Source: Bacteroidota bacterium
GTDB taxonomy: Bacteria; Bacteroidota; Bacteroidia; AKYH767-A; OLB10
Assembly (NCBI GenBank): GCA_016714535.1
Contig: JADKDR010000007.1
Span: 1,022 to 65,021 of the forward strand
DNA length: 64,000 bases
Direction: 5' to 3'
Every line of letters begins with the position of its first letter. Position 1 is the first letter of the stretch. A program made the translations under genes and the position numbers. Of the stretch, positions 39,128-54,892 are shown one piece after another. Below the pieces are notes generated by a model, which had not been told where the DNA came from, ran no database searches, and worked only from the letters and a program-made list of their open reading frames with translations.

Positions 39128-41263
39128 CTACAGATTGGTTTCAAAATAACCCTGCTTGTATACGTTGTAAAATTTTACTTTCTTCTCAGACAACAATTTC
39201 TCCATTCTATCAGATTGATACCTGCTATTCGATTTGTCAATTATAACCAATTCTGGAGAAGTATTATCAAGAGTGTTTTTTAAACCATAAAAAGCGTTAT
39301 TGCTCACTATGCAATAATCAATTCTTTTTGTTAAACTTATTTTATCCTTATTACTTCTAATTTGATAAATCAATTTGTTAGCAGTTGCACACAAGTTGTC
39401 GTTTTTTAGCAATAAATCGCTTTTAAAGTTTTCATGCATTGGCAATAGTTGTTCCTGTGTTCCAATAGCCCACCAATGATGGTAGATGTGAAAAAGCAAC
39501 CTGCCCTTATCAGCCAATAGATTGCTATCAGCAATAAAAATATGTTTGCGGCTATTTACTATTTGATAGGCACTGTGCTTATTCACAGCATACACCATAA
39601 ACTTGCGTTGATTCATCTGCTCAAAGGATTCGTAAACCTGCAATACCAAAAAAAGAAGTGAAAAAGCAAGTCCATAAACCAGGTATTTCATTTGCTTACT
39701 TACCCACACTGCTATCAGAAGAATCATAATCAAATAAATCAGCCAGGTCTCACCAATATTAATAGTGATTTTATTAAGCACCGCTCCAGGTATTCGATCA
39801 ATAAAAAATACGATTTCATTCGTTACCGAAAGCAAGGCGCTAATTACCAATCCTGCATAGTTGGCAATTACTGCAATTGGACTTATAACCAACAAAACCA
39901 AGCATGCATAGATTATTATTGTGGTTAACGGAATAACTAAAAGGTTACTTACCACAAACAGCAAAGGAAACTGATGAAAGTATAATAATCCCAAGGGAAA
40001 AGTTGCCAATTGGGCAGCAAGCGAAACTGCAGTTATAGTCCATATTTGTTTCAACAACCAATTAGATGGTGTCCACCAATTACTAATTTTAGGATGAAGA
40101 TATACTATTCCAATTACCGCAAGGTAACTTAGTTGAAATCCTACTTCAGTAATAATAAAAGGATCAAACAACATTAAAAAGAATATCGAAACGCAAATTG
40201 TATTGAAAGTGCTTGTGTTTCGAGTAGTCCATTGGGCCACAATGATAAAGTTAAACATCACTACTGCCCGCAACACAGAAGGTGTATATCCCGTAATCAA
40301 TGCATAACACCAAAGAAAAATAATTGCAATAGTAAATTTAATCCAATCATATTTCCTATTCACTAATATTAGCCCAAGAAGCATCATAAGCAACTGATAC
40401 ATTAGCGCCACATGCATTCCACTAACACTTAATACATGCAAGGCCCCGGCACTTGCAAATGCTTGAATCAGACTATTGTCTATTTCATCATCATATCCAA
40501 CAACTAGTGCTGACGCAACCGCATTGTTGCGTTTTTCTGGAATATATCGTTTTAAAAGCTCAACCAACTTCATTCTCATGCTTAAGGCAAAAGACAATAT
40601 TGGAGAACCTGTATCATGATTAATAACTTGATAACTGTCAGACTTTAGATAAACCTGATGATAAATCTGATGAAAGTATAAATAGCGCTTATAATTAAAC
40701 TCTTCTGGGTTTTGCGGGCCTTCTATTTCATTTATTGTTGCCTTAATAACCAACTGGTCACCATAATTCAACTTTGCAGATAAAGAGTCCTTCTTAAGGT
40801 AGCATAAACACTTTCCCGAAACAGGAATCAATTTCCCGTCTTGGCTTCGCCATTGCATTGCTAATGTAGTTTTATACGAAGTTGCCTTTTCAAACAACGG
40901 ATCATCAACTCTTACAATATAAACGGATTTCGGGTCGTCAATTTTGGCAAAATGATTTGGTCTATTCTCCTGTGTCTTCAAATAGGTGAACGCCCCTCCC
41001 AAATTAAACATCAATAAAACTACTCCTACTCCATTAATCCATGCGTAAGAAAAAGAAATTCGAAGTAGTAATATTGCCTCAAACAAAATAAGTGTTATCA
41101 TACAAACACTAAAACCCGCCACAAACCAACCTATCTCAAGGCGCACAAAAATCTCAAATAAAACGCCACCTATAAAACCTAACAACAATCGTAAAAAAGG
41201 CATTTGCACATAAATATGCCTATCAATAAGTTTTTTCTTTTTTACTACGTTTTTCTGGGGCAT
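39128..41263 (-). CDS. comEC: ComEC/Rec2 family DNA internalisation channel protein (no metallo-beta-lactamase domain visible)
   Basis: N-terminal DUF4131-like region. Competence domain signature ASALVVGYDDEIDNSLIQAFASAGALHVLSVSGMHVALM. Many TM helices. Confidence 0.8.
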   Translation of the reverse strand: MPQKNVVKKKKLIDRHIYVQMPFLRLLLGFIGGVLFEIFVRLEIGWFVAGFSVCMITLILFEAILLLRISFSYAWINGVGVVLLMFNLGGAFTYLKTQENRPNHFAKIDDPKSVYIVRVDDPLFEKATSYKTTLAMQWRSQDGKLIPVSGKCLCYLKKDSLSAKLNYGDQLVIKATINEIEGPQNPEEFNYKRYLYFHQIYHQVYLKSDSYQVINHDTGSPILSFALSMRMKLVELLKRYIPEKRNNAVASALVVGYDDEIDNSLIQAFASAGALHVLSVSGMHVALMYQLLMMLLGLILVNRKYDWIKFTIAIIFLWCYALITGYTPSVLRAVVMFNFIIVAQWTTRNTSTFNTICVSIFFLMLFDPFIITEVGFQLSYLAVIGIVYLHPKISNWWTPSNWLLKQIWTITAVSLAAQLATFPLGLLYFHQFPLLFVVSNLLVIPLTTIIIYACLVLLVISPIAVIANYAGLVISALLSVTNEIVFFIDRIPGAVLNKITINIGETWLIYLIMILLIAVWVSKQMKYLVYGLAFSLLFLVLQVYESFEQMNQRKFMVYAVNKHSAYQIVNSRKHIFIADSNLLADKGRLLFHIYHHWWAIGTQEQLLPMHENFKSDLLLKNDNLCATANKLIYQIRSNKDKISLTKRIDYCIVSNNAFYGLKNTLDNTSPELVIIDKSNSRYQSDRMEKLLSEKKVKFYNVYKQGYFETNL

Positions 41264-41763
41264 GCAGCTATAGTTTATAATGCAATTCCAAATATAATAA
41301 GAATCTATTTAACTGAAACGCAGGAATACTTTTTTTATAAAATCAAACGTAATCTAATTCAACAATTCTTGAAATCGGCTCAAACAAAACTATTAATCAA
41401 TCTTGAATTATTTAATCTAGAATCGACTGAAAGACAAAATCTCAGTGGGAAAATTAGTTTTTTATTCAATTCAACACCCTCAACCTACTAACATTAATTA
41501 ACTAACCTGGTTTTAAGACATCTGCTCGTCAAATTATTTTTATGACAACGCAAATAGATTTACTTCATAAATAATCATGCATTAGATCAATAATTTCATC
41601 ATTAATAGCATCAGTATTCATTAAAAAGCCAAATCCGCAATTTGATTTTCACGAAACCAACACATTACAACTAACAATTTTCAAAACTTTAGAATCAAAC
41701 AAAGCTTCTAAATAGAGCGTTTCAAGCCAAATCATGTATTGTTAAAAATAAATTCAAAAAAAA

Positions 41764-41794
41764 TTTGCATGAAATAAAAACGGTTGTACATTTG
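41764..41794 (+). promoter_or_regulatory. Candidate rRNA operon promoter P1 (Bacteroidetes -33/-7 type)
   Basis: TTTG (41764-41767), then 19 nt, then TACATTTG (41787-41794). This matches the -33 TTTG / -7 TAnnTTTG consensus described for Bacteroides sigma-A promoters. Confidence 0.4.
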
Positions 41795-41880
41795 CACTCC
41801 CAATTTTTTGACAAACAGGACTAAAATTCACATTAAGAATTAAATACTGAAAAAAAATCAAAAAATTTTTTAAAAAGGTG

Positions 41881-41910
41881 TTGCAGAATAAAAAAGAGTT
41901 CTTACCTTTG
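41881..41910 (+). promoter_or_regulatory. Candidate rRNA operon promoter P2
   Basis: (G)TTG (41881-41883), then 19 nt, then TACCTTTG (41903-41910), ~165 nt upstream of the 16S 5' end. Confidence 0.4.
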
Positions 41911-42074
41911 CAGCCCGAAAAAAAGAAGTTATTTATCTCAATATACTTAACTACGTTCTTTGAAGAAATGAAGAAAGGAAATAGCAAGCCAATGATTAAT
42001 TTCAATTAATCATTAATTAAGAATTAAATCCTAGAAATTACCCGATCCCCGATCGGGAAAAAATACAAAAATTT

Positions 42075-43598
<1,524 letters not shown>

Positions 43599-43734
43599 GG
43601 AGATATTTAATTCTCTTGCTATTTCCCTCTTTCTTCAAATTTCATACCGTACGAGCCAAATACGGCTCTCACCTTCGAGCAGGGTTAGCAGTACCCGGCA
43701 TCAGCCTAAGCTCTGCCACACTGCTACACTACAA

Positions 43735-43809
43735 AGTCCCGTAGCTCAGTTTGGTTAGAGCACTACACTGATAATGTAGGGGTCAGCAGTTCAAATCTGC
43801 TCGGGACTA
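43735..43809 (+). tRNA. tRNA-Ile (anticodon GAT)
   Basis: Folded by hand: acceptor agtcccg/cgggact, D arm gctc-agtttggtta-gagc, anticodon arm ctaca-ctGATaa-tgtag, T arm agcag-ttcaaat-ctgct. No encoded CCA. Confidence 0.9.
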
Positions 43810-43829
43810 CTATAATCTAAAGCTCGCAC

Positions 43830-43903
43830 GGGGAATTAGCTCAGCTGGCTAGAGCACCTGCCTTGCACGCAGGGGGTCATCGGTTCGAATCCGTTATTCT
43901 CCA
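43830..43903 (+). tRNA. tRNA-Ala (anticodon TGC)
   Basis: Acceptor ggggaat/attctcc with the G3:U70 alanine identity pair. Anticodon arm cctgc-ctTGCac-gcagg. The T arm atcgg-ttcgaat-ccgtt has one U-U mismatch. Confidence 0.9.
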
Positions 43904-43994
43904 CTTCTTCAGTTTCATGATCTTCGGTATTTTTAACCGAAAAAGTTCTTTGACATATTGAAAGAAAACAAGAATTAAAATTAACTAAAAATAA

Positions 43995-46865
<2,871 letters not shown>

Positions 46866-46923
46866 TATATATGTTGATTTTAATTTTTTGTTTTCTTTCA
46901 TTTATATGTCGTTAATAAAGATA

Positions 46924-47036
<113 letters not shown>

Positions 47037-47040
47037 ACAT

Positions 47041-47069
47041 AAAAGGCTGCCTTAGTGCAGCCTTTTTTT
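47041..47069 (+). terminator. Rho-independent terminator of the rRNA operon
   Basis: Hairpin ggctgc-cttagt-gcagcc followed by ttttttt. Confidence 0.6.
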
Positions 47070-47155
47070 ATTTAATTTTTGCAAAAAAAACATACTATTT
47101 TTATACTACAAAAGATTCATCTTTTTTCTATAATTACAGCAATTTTAAATCAATT

Positions 47156-48741
47156 TTGAAATCAAGGTCTATAGTTTATTTAATACTAAATTTGCTTTGC
47201 TTGTTTCATTTTTCAAAAGGGCAAAATAGCTCTACCTTTAAAACAATTTTCACAGATTCCCTTTTAATAAGACCAAATTTCTCGTTTAATCTAATTAGCC
47301 ATTTCAAAGGAATAGATTACATATCAGGCGATAGCCGTTTTTTAGGAAGGCAACACCTTTTATATGCGCATAGTTCAGACTTATTATATTCAGGCATACG
47401 AAATTCAATTTCTATATTGGACTTTTTTGAGCCAGACTTGACATCAGGTTTGGATACTATTAAAACTACGCTTAGATATTACCGTGCTACCAAGAAGGAA
47501 AACTACTTATTTGTGAATCATTCACAAACAGTTACAAGAGGCTTTGAGATTGGCATTATTTGGACAAGCATAATTTCTCCTGGATTCTTTAGAAATCAAA
47601 GAATTGACAGGCGGAAACTCTATACATTTTGCAAGTATGAATCAAAAAACGCTCGTTTTCAGGCAACAACAATTTATTCAACGGATAGAAATTTGGCAGG
47701 AGAAAATGGTGGTGTTGCTGATAGTGTGCAATTAGATGGATTGGTAGTTAGAGATTTCAGGACTGTTAAAGTAAATATTGATGATGGCAATAGCGTTACA
47801 AAGTCGAAGGATATGGGAGTTAATCTTGCTTATAGATACTTTTCGAATAAGAGAATAGCGGCTAAATTAAACTACAAATTGCTGTATCAAATTGATAAAT
47901 TTGAGTTTACTGCTACTGATTTGCAGTCCTTTGATAAAATTAACTATGATTCAACGAGAACCGATGATTCAACTTTTTTTGGGACACTTAAAAATCAAGC
48001 CTCCTCTACTCTATCATATACACAAGGAAAAAACTGGTTAAATACTGAAGCCGGGCTTTGCTTTTCTGCTATTAATTACTCTGTATATTTTATGAAAGCA
48101 AAGAACGGTTAACACCCTTAAATTATGCGTACCAACTTTCGAATCACTTTTACTGGATACTTACGCCAAAGATATTTAAGCATCAAAATTTACAAATAAT
48201 GCTTACCAACAAATTCTTTAATCTATGGACTAGAATGGATTTTTGGGATAAATATTATTTTATTGATTCCCTATTACAACCTGCTTCTTCAAGTAAAGTT
48301 TTTTCAACCAACTTGTTATTAGACAAACAATTAACTTACAGACACCTTCGCCTTGCTCCCTTTGTTAGAGGAACTATTTCTAATAAACAAGATTTATGGC
48401 TACTACCTAAAGTTGTTCCGGGATTAAATTTAGGTTTACAACATATGCTTAAAAAACAAAAATTAACTTTAAGCTATAGCATTTCGTATATGTATATACC
48501 GACACATTTGGCGTTTGGGTTTCAACCAGGATTGAATATGTTTTATACTAAATCTAATTCAACATTGCCTGATGTGCACTATTTGGATTTCATTGCATCA
48601 GGTGCAATCAAAAGTTTTACTTTTTTTATTGAAAGTGATAATATTCTTAATGGACTGGTGGGACAATATTATGCACTGGCCGATATTCCAATGCAAAGGA
48701 GAACCATAAGGATGGGAGTAAACTGGACTTTTAAGAATTAA
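47156..48741 (+). pseudogene. Outer-membrane beta-barrel (putative-porin-like) gene, apparently split into two frames
   Basis: TTG 47156 gives MKSRSIVYLILNLLCLFHFSKGQ (signal peptide). The track's longer N-terminus overlaps the 5S gene and is spurious. The first part ends at 48112. The second part, 48199..48741, is in another frame and ends RTIRMGVNWTFKN, an aromatic-rich C-terminal strand typical of beta-barrels. Confidence 0.4.
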
Positions 48742-49795
48742 TTGGGGTGGTTTTCTTCCTATACCAATCATTGAAATTAATGGCCAGTGTAAACTGGTTT
48801 GTTGCTGCGGATAAATGATAAACGCTTCTGGCATAATCCAAATAAAATTTACTCACTTTTATACCTGCGCCAAAACTAAATCCAACTGTTCCACGTTTTG
48901 TAGGCTGCGCAAGCTCGTACCTTCTAAGGAAATGATAAGAACCCCTCAGGTGAAAATTCTTAGATAACAAGATTTCTATACCAGGTACAAGATGAAGTAC
49001 GGCCTTTTTGAAAAAGGTTGCTTTTTTAGGACTATCCTCTGCACTTACCTGATCAATATCATTTTGATTGAATTTAGATTCGTATGTTAAATCAAAGGTT
49101 TGTAATTGCACCAAGTTAAGATTAAATCTAATTGGAGCATTTCCTAGCTTTTTTGAAAATCCGAACTGTATTTCGAAAGGTAGTTTTTCTTTTGTTTGGG
49201 TAAATGTCTTTACCTGTCTTCCAGCATTCTTTATTAATAAAGATGCGGTTATATTCCTCTTTTGATTCTGATAAGCGATGCCTGCATCAGCAGCAACAGC
49301 ATATGAAGAATATTCAGCAAGATTTGATGCAATACCTTTAACAGTAATACCATAAGTAAATGAACTATCGAAAAACGGACGTCCAAAACTGATATTGAAA
49401 TTAAAATCTGTTGCATTAAAAGTACCAGTTTGGTTCGCAAACTCATCACTTAAAGTGAATGTTCCGTAATCAATATATTTAAGAGAAGCGATAAAAGTAC
49501 CAGTGTTTTTAAACGATCTGGCGTATGCCGCAGTGCCAAATTTTATATCACTAAAATAATCCGCTATGCTAAGATTGAGTTGTTGATGGTGTTGATGATT
49601 GATTAGTGCAGGATTCTGCAAAGCAGAACTTATATCATTATCATAAACAGAAATAAAGTTTCCACCCATTGATGCAGTTCGTGCATCTGCAGAGATGTTA
49701 AGAGATTGAAAAGCAGTTTTGCCACCAGACTGTGATTGTGTTTCAAATACAATCGTTAATGAAACATAAAGAGTAAAACAAAAGTAACGCACCAT
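48731..49795 (-). CDS. PorQ/PorV-like T9SS-associated outer-membrane beta-barrel protein
   Basis: Signal peptide from MVRYFCFTLYVSLTIVFETQSQ (internal Met preferred over the track start 49831). N-terminal FQSLNISADARTASMGGNFISVYDNDISSALQNPAL resembles the motif I recall for PorQ/PorV-type proteins. Beta-strand-rich. Confidence 0.45.
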   Translation of the reverse strand: MVRYFCFTLYVSLTIVFETQSQSGGKTAFQSLNISADARTASMGGNFISVYDNDISSALQNPALINHQHHQQLNLSIADYFSDIKFGTAAYARSFKNTGTFIASLKYIDYGTFTLSDEFANQTGTFNATDFNFNISFGRPFFDSSFTYGITVKGIASNLAEYSSYAVAADAGIAYQNQKRNITASLLIKNAGRQVKTFTQTKEKLPFEIQFGFSKKLGNAPIRFNLNLVQLQTFDLTYESKFNQNDIDQVSAEDSPKKATFFKKAVLHLVPGIEILLSKNFHLRGSYHFLRRYELAQPTKRGTVGFSFGAGIKVSKFYLDYARSVYHLSAATNQFTLAINFNDWYRKKTTPINS

Positions 49796-49985
49796 GTGAC
49801 TATATCTAATATTAACGAATCTCCGAAACATTTTTAATCCAAATATTACTTACTAAATTCTAAATCCCAAATAAAGCATGTTTCAAAATTGTCCTTGCTT
49901 TTTTTAAAACTGGAATGCTAAGCTTACATAATTTACTATTAAAAGGGCAAAAAGGTAAACGCTCTTAACTCGTGTTTATTGTCGC

Positions 49986-51257
49986 TTAATACAGTTTGAA
50001 CTTTTGCATCATTTTATTAACTTCCTTTTTGACTAATGCAATTTCTGTCAAGTTACCAGATTTGGTAATTACCTTATCAATTAATTTAACCGATTTAATA
50101 GCATCTTTTTCTTTGAACCCACGAGTGGTCATTGCTGCAGCCCCTATTCGAATGCCGGATGTAACAAAAGGAGATTTATCATCAAATGGAACCATGTTTT
50201 TATTTACGGTAATATCAGCCTGAACCAGAGCTTGTTCTGCATCTTTTCCAGTAATTCCTTTACTGCGCAGGTCAATCAACATCATATGATTATCTGTTCC
50301 TCCCGATATTACTTTATATCCAAGACTTATGAACGCATTAGCCATGGCTCTTGCATTTTTTACAACCTGAAGGCAGTAACGCATATAGTCATCAGACAAT
50401 GCTTCGTGAAAGGCTATTGCTTTGGCTGCAATAACATGCTCAAGTGGTCCGCCTTGTGTGCCAGGAAAAACAGCGCCATCCATAAGTGAAGTCATGCTTC
50501 GTATTTCTCCTTTTAGCGTTTTAATGCCATATGGATTAGCAAAGTCATTACCCATAAGAATCATTCCGCCACGAGGACCTCTTAGTGTTTTATGCGTGGT
50601 AGTAGTAACTACATGGCAATGTGGTACAGGGTCATTTAAAAGTCCTCGAGCTATAAGACCTGCCGGATGAGAAATATCTGCTAGAAGTATTGCACCAATA
50701 TTGTCAGCTATTTTTCGAAATTTAATATAATCCCAATCGCGGGAATATGCTGAAGCTCCGCATATAATAAGTTTAGGCCTTTCCTTTTTTGCTTTTGCTT
50801 CAACCAGATCATAATTAATCAATCCAGTACTTTGATCTACACCATAGAAAGATGGTTTGTATAATTTTCCAGAAAAATTAACCGGGCTTCCATGCGTAAG
50901 ATGCCCTCCATGTGATAGGTCAAAACCGAGGAGCTTATCGCCTGCATTTAATGTAGCAAGCATTACTGCTGCATTAGCTTGTGCGCCACTATGTGGCTGC
51001 ACATTTGCCCATTTTGCATTAAATAATTCTTTAGCCCTATCAATAGCCAATTGTTCTATAACATCTACCACTTCGCAACCTCCGTAATATCTTTTACCCG
51101 GAAGTCCTTCTGCATATTTGTTTGTAAGACAAGTACCCATAGCCGCCATCACATCTTTGCCAACAAAGTTTTCTGATGCAATTAATTCTATTCCATGTCT
51201 TTGTCTTGAAAGCTCCGCTTTAACCAGGCTCCAAACCTCAGTATCCTTTTTTATCAT
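49986..51257 (-). CDS. glyA: Serine hydroxymethyltransferase
   Basis: [24 protein letters not shown], the PLP-lysine region [14 protein letters not shown] and [12 protein letters not shown]. Start taken at MIKKDTEVW; the 30 upstream codons in the track ORF look non-coding. Confidence 0.9.
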   Translation of the reverse strand: MIKKDTEVWSLVKAELSRQRHGIELIASENFVGKDVMAAMGTCLTNKYAEGLPGKRYYGGCEVVDVIEQLAIDRAKELFNAKWANVQPHSGAQANAAVMLATLNAGDKLLGFDLSHGGHLTHGSPVNFSGKLYKPSFYGVDQSTGLINYDLVEAKAKKERPKLIICGASAYSRDWDYIKFRKIADNIGAILLADISHPAGLIARGLLNDPVPHCHVVTTTTHKTLRGPRGGMILMGNDFANPYGIKTLKGEIRSMTSLMDGAVFPGTQGGPLEHVIAAKAIAFHEALSDDYMRYCLQVVKNARAMANAFISLGYKVISGGTDNHMMLIDLRSKGITGKDAEQALVQADITVNKNMVPFDDKSPFVTSGIRIGAAAMTTRGFKEKDAIKSVKLIDKVITKSGNLTEIALVKKEVNKMMQKFKLY

Positions 51258-51499
51258 AAATCTAAATTTAAAAAAAATGTGCCGCAAAGTAATACAAAAT
51301 TTGAAAGTTACAGTTGCAACAAAATAAGCTAATCTAACCCCGTTCAAAACCTAGCTACTAAGCATTGTAGTGATAAACTTTATAGTGTTTTATAACTAAC
51401 ACTTTTATCGTTCAACATTAATGAGATGAGCTTATGTAACTATTATACGAAAGAAAATGAATATAGCGACTTTTATGGGGCTGATGAAATTCTCTCTTT

Positions 51500-52103
51500 T
51501 TAAAACACCGGATTCATTAATTTTTCCAGGAATTCAAAAATAGCAGTTGGTTTGCTAAGAAACATAAAGGCAATACCGAATAATCCTCCCCAATAGTGTG
51601 CTTCATGATTTATGTTATCATGGGTGTTTTTGCTTGCATAGTGCTCGTAAGCCAGATATATAACACCAAAAATTATTCCGGGAATTATTCCCCAAATTTT
51701 GATGCCCCACGGTTGAACAATGATTGTAGCGAATACTACGGCAGTAACCATTCCCGATGCTCCAAGCGAACGATATGTTAATGAATGTCGCTGTTTGATA
51801 TAAGTAGGGAGCACCGAAGCCACTTGCCCACCCAGCAACAAGGCACCATAAAAAAGGTAGTAATTTTCAGGATAGGTAAACTTAAAATACATTTCGAGAT
51901 ACTGTCCGAAGGAATAAAAAAGCAATGAGGTTAAAAGCAAGGTGTGGCACATCGGCATGTACAAAAGCACACGAAATCAAGCGATATAACTGATTTTTCT
52001 TGTGTGCCATATAGGGGTCAAGAATTAGCTTGTTGACTAATTCTGCATTATTAAATCCCAGAATGCTTGTGATGGCTATGGCAATACAGATAAACTGAGT
52101 CAT
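51500..52103 (-). pseudogene. Rhomboid family intramembrane serine protease, split by a frameshift in a 6-nt homopolymer
   Basis: Track ORFs 51882..52103 (...FVHADVPHLAFNLIAFLFL) and 51500..51970 (...LLFYSFGQYLE..., GASGMV catalytic Ser, HYWGGLFG) overlap in different frames. Removing one T from the minus-strand T6 (plus-strand A6 at 51916-51921) yields HLAFNLIAFYSFGQYLE, the usual HxxxN...G...E rhomboid motif. Confidence 0.6.
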
Positions 52104-52206
52104 ATTATTATGTTTATGAAGGGCAAATATACTTAAGAAGAATTACTGGCATGGTTTAATTAAGATTCAAAATTTAGAAATAATAAAATAATTTTGCGGG
52201 CTCAAT

Positions 52207-54041
52207 ATGGCAGATATAATAAATGTATTACCCGATTCGGTTGCTAACCAGATAGCAGCCGGTGAGGTTATTGTTCGCCCTGCTTCGGTAGTCAAAGAAT
52301 TATTGGAAAATAGTGTTGACGCAGGTGCTACGGATGTTAAGTTAATTATTAATGATGCAGGAAAGACTTTAATACAAGTAATTGATAATGGCAAAGGCAT
52401 GAGCGAAACAGACGCACGTCTTTGTTTTGAAAGACATGCAACAAGCAAGCTTCAAAAGATTGATGACCTTTATGAATTACTTACGAAAGGTTTTAGAGGT
52501 GAGGCGCTGGCTGCTATAGCAGCTGTTGCGCAGGTAGAACTAAAATCGAGATTACAGGATGCAGATGCGGGTACTTATATTGAAATAGAAGGTAGTGTTT
52601 GCAAAAAACAGGAGCCAATTGCTTGTGCAACTGGAACGAGTATAGCTGTAAAAAATTTATTTTTTAATGTTCCAGCAAGACGAAATTTTTTAAAATCAAA
52701 CAATCTTGAAACCAAACATATAATTGAAGAACTAGAACGTTTGGCATTGCCACATTATAACCTAAGCTTTTCATTTATGCATAATGGCATTGAGGTCTAC
52801 AATTTAAGACCTGGTAATTTGCGTCAACGCATTTGTGCATTGTATGGAGCCGCCTATAACGAACGGTTAGTGCCGGTAAATGAGGATACTTCAATTATTG
52901 CGGTTACAGGTTTTATTGGTAAACCAGAGTTTGCAAAGCGCAAGCGAGGTGAGCAATACTTTTTTATTAATGACCGATTTATTCGCAACGCCTTTCTGCA
53001 TCACGCTATAAATGCAGGCTTTGAAGATCTTTTGCCGAAGGAAACTTTTCCTTCGTATTGGTTGAACATTACAATAAATCCTGCAACTATCGATATAAAT
53101 ATTCACCCGACTAAAACAGAAATTAACTTTGAAGATGAGAAATCTGTATACAGCATATTACGCGCAGCAATAAAACAGGCGTTAGGAAAATATAGCATTT
53201 CCCCTACTCTCGATTTTGACCAGGAAAAAGTTTTGAAATCCCTTTGAGTAAGTTGCAAAGTATACCACAAGCTCCTCAATTAATAGTGAATAAGGACTAC
53301 AATCCATTTAAGTCTGATAACTATGTTGCTCCCCCTAAGCTAAGTACCTTTGAACAACATACTAATGTTACTAAAAGCTGGGATATCTTGCAACGTGAAT
53401 TAACTAAAAGCGGAAATGAACCTGTGCTTTCGCGCAGTGCATTTGAACAAGAACATTTTAATTCTCATGAGCACTTTGATTTTGCGCAATTGCAAAACAG
53501 TTACATCGTAATACGCAATCCGCTGGAGTTGCTCCTTATAGACCAACAACTAGCTCATGAAAAAATAATTTACCACCGAGTACTAGCCCAGCTAAATGCT
53601 GAGCATACCGCGATGCAACAAAAATTGTTTCCTACAACGTTAGAACTCACGGCACAGGACACTTTGGTCTTGCAGGAACTTATGCCTCAATTACAAAAAA
53701 TAGGATTTGAAATAAATGAGTTTGGTGGAAATTCGTTTGTGGTAAATGGAATGCCATCCTATTTCAATTATGATGGAGAACAAAATGTAATTGAAAAAAT
53801 AATTGAGCAGTATAAAAATAACAGTACCGAATTCAAACAACAGGCTCAATCGAGGCTGGCCATTTCTGTAGCGCTGGGCTTGAGTATTAAACGAGGAAGC
53901 CTTTTAAGTAAAGAGGAACAAAAAAAAATATACAAAGACCTGCTTGCATGCCCAAACTATGAAACTACCAATACCGGTAAACCAATTGTAATTAGGTTAA
54001 ACAAGGCTATGGTGCAAGGGCTATTTGATAGAAAAATCTAA
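52207..54041 (+). pseudogene. mutL: DNA mismatch repair protein MutL, N- and C-terminal halves in different frames (frameshift in an A5 run)
   Basis: The N-terminal GHKL ATPase motifs are IAAGEVIVRPASVVKELLENSVDAG, DNGKGM and GFRGEAL. The C-terminal dimerisation domain is in ORF 53244..54041. Adding one A to aaaaa (53225-53229) joins them as ...DFDQEKSFEIPLSKLQSIPQ. The combined length of ~611 aa is normal for MutL. Confidence 0.85.
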
Positions 54042-54892
54042 TGAACTCATATCGCTCATACAACCCTTATGCCATGACTCCGGTAGTCAAGTGGCTGTTC
54101 ATTGTTAATATATCTGTTTTTGCTTTGTCATGTTTGTTATACTTCCAATTCAACTTTGATTTGAATACAGTTCTCGGTTTGTATAATTATGAATCTGAAA
54201 ACTTCAGGCCATGGCAATTTATTACCTATGCCTTTGCACATGCTTATGTTGGTCAATATGGTAATGTTAGTTTTATGCACTTACTGGCAAATATGTTTGC
54301 ACTATATATGTTTGGTGGTATGGTAGAACAACGGCTAGGTTCGAAGAAGTTTTTTATTTATTACATGATTTGCGCGCTTGGAGCTGTGCTGTTGTATTGG
54401 GGCTATACCAATTATCAGGCTTATGCATATCAAATTGAAATTAGTGAATTAATAAGAGATATAACACCATTCGATTTTTACAACTACATTCTAAAGTATA
54501 AGCACATGCTTAATGAAAATGCGCTTCCACAGATAGAACGTTTTTACACTGAATGGAAAGAAAACCCCGACTCAGCTGTGCACATAACTGAAGCACGAAA
54601 AATTCTCATCATGTTTACTGATGGGAAAAATTATAGCAGTATTGTTGGTGCTTCTGGAGCAGTCTATGGAATACTTCTAGCATTTGGATTACTTTTTCCA
54701 GAGCAAGTACTCCTATTATTTTTTGTTTTACCCATAAAGGCCAAATACATGGTCCTATTGTATGGTATAATAGAGTTTTTGTTTATGCAACAATTTATAC
54801 CGGGCGATAATGTTGCGCACCTTGCCCACCTGGCAGGTATGGGGGTTGGCTGTATTATATTATTATGGTGGAAGAAAAAAGGGCTTGTATAA
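54041..54892 (+). CDS. Rhomboid family intramembrane serine protease
   Basis: HLLANMFALYMFGGMVE, catalytic GASGAVYG and HLAHLAGMGVG. The ATG overlaps the mutL stop (TAATG). Confidence 0.75.
   Translation: MNSYRSYNPYAMTPVVKWLFIVNISVFALSCLLYFQFNFDLNTVLGLYNYESENFRPWQFITYAFAHAYVGQYGNVSFMHLLANMFALYMFGGMVEQRLGSKKFFIYYMICALGAVLLYWGYTNYQAYAYQIEISELIRDITPFDFYNYILKYKHMLNENALPQIERFYTEWKENPDSAVHITEARKILIMFTDGKNYSSIVGASGAVYGILLAFGLLFPEQVLLLFFVLPIKAKYMVLLYGIIEFLFMQQFIPGDNVAHLAHLAGMGVGCIILLWWKKKGLV

Noticed and set aside
41204-42005. ORFs 41204..41491 (+) and 41754..42005 (-) in the ComEC-rRNA spacer.
   Set aside because: They are AT-rich, low-complexity translations. The region is better explained as rRNA leader and promoter.
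51258-51347. 30-codon N-terminal extension of glyA in the track ORF.
   Set aside because: SHMT homology begins at MIKKDTEVW. The upstream part is AT-rich with promoter-like sequence.
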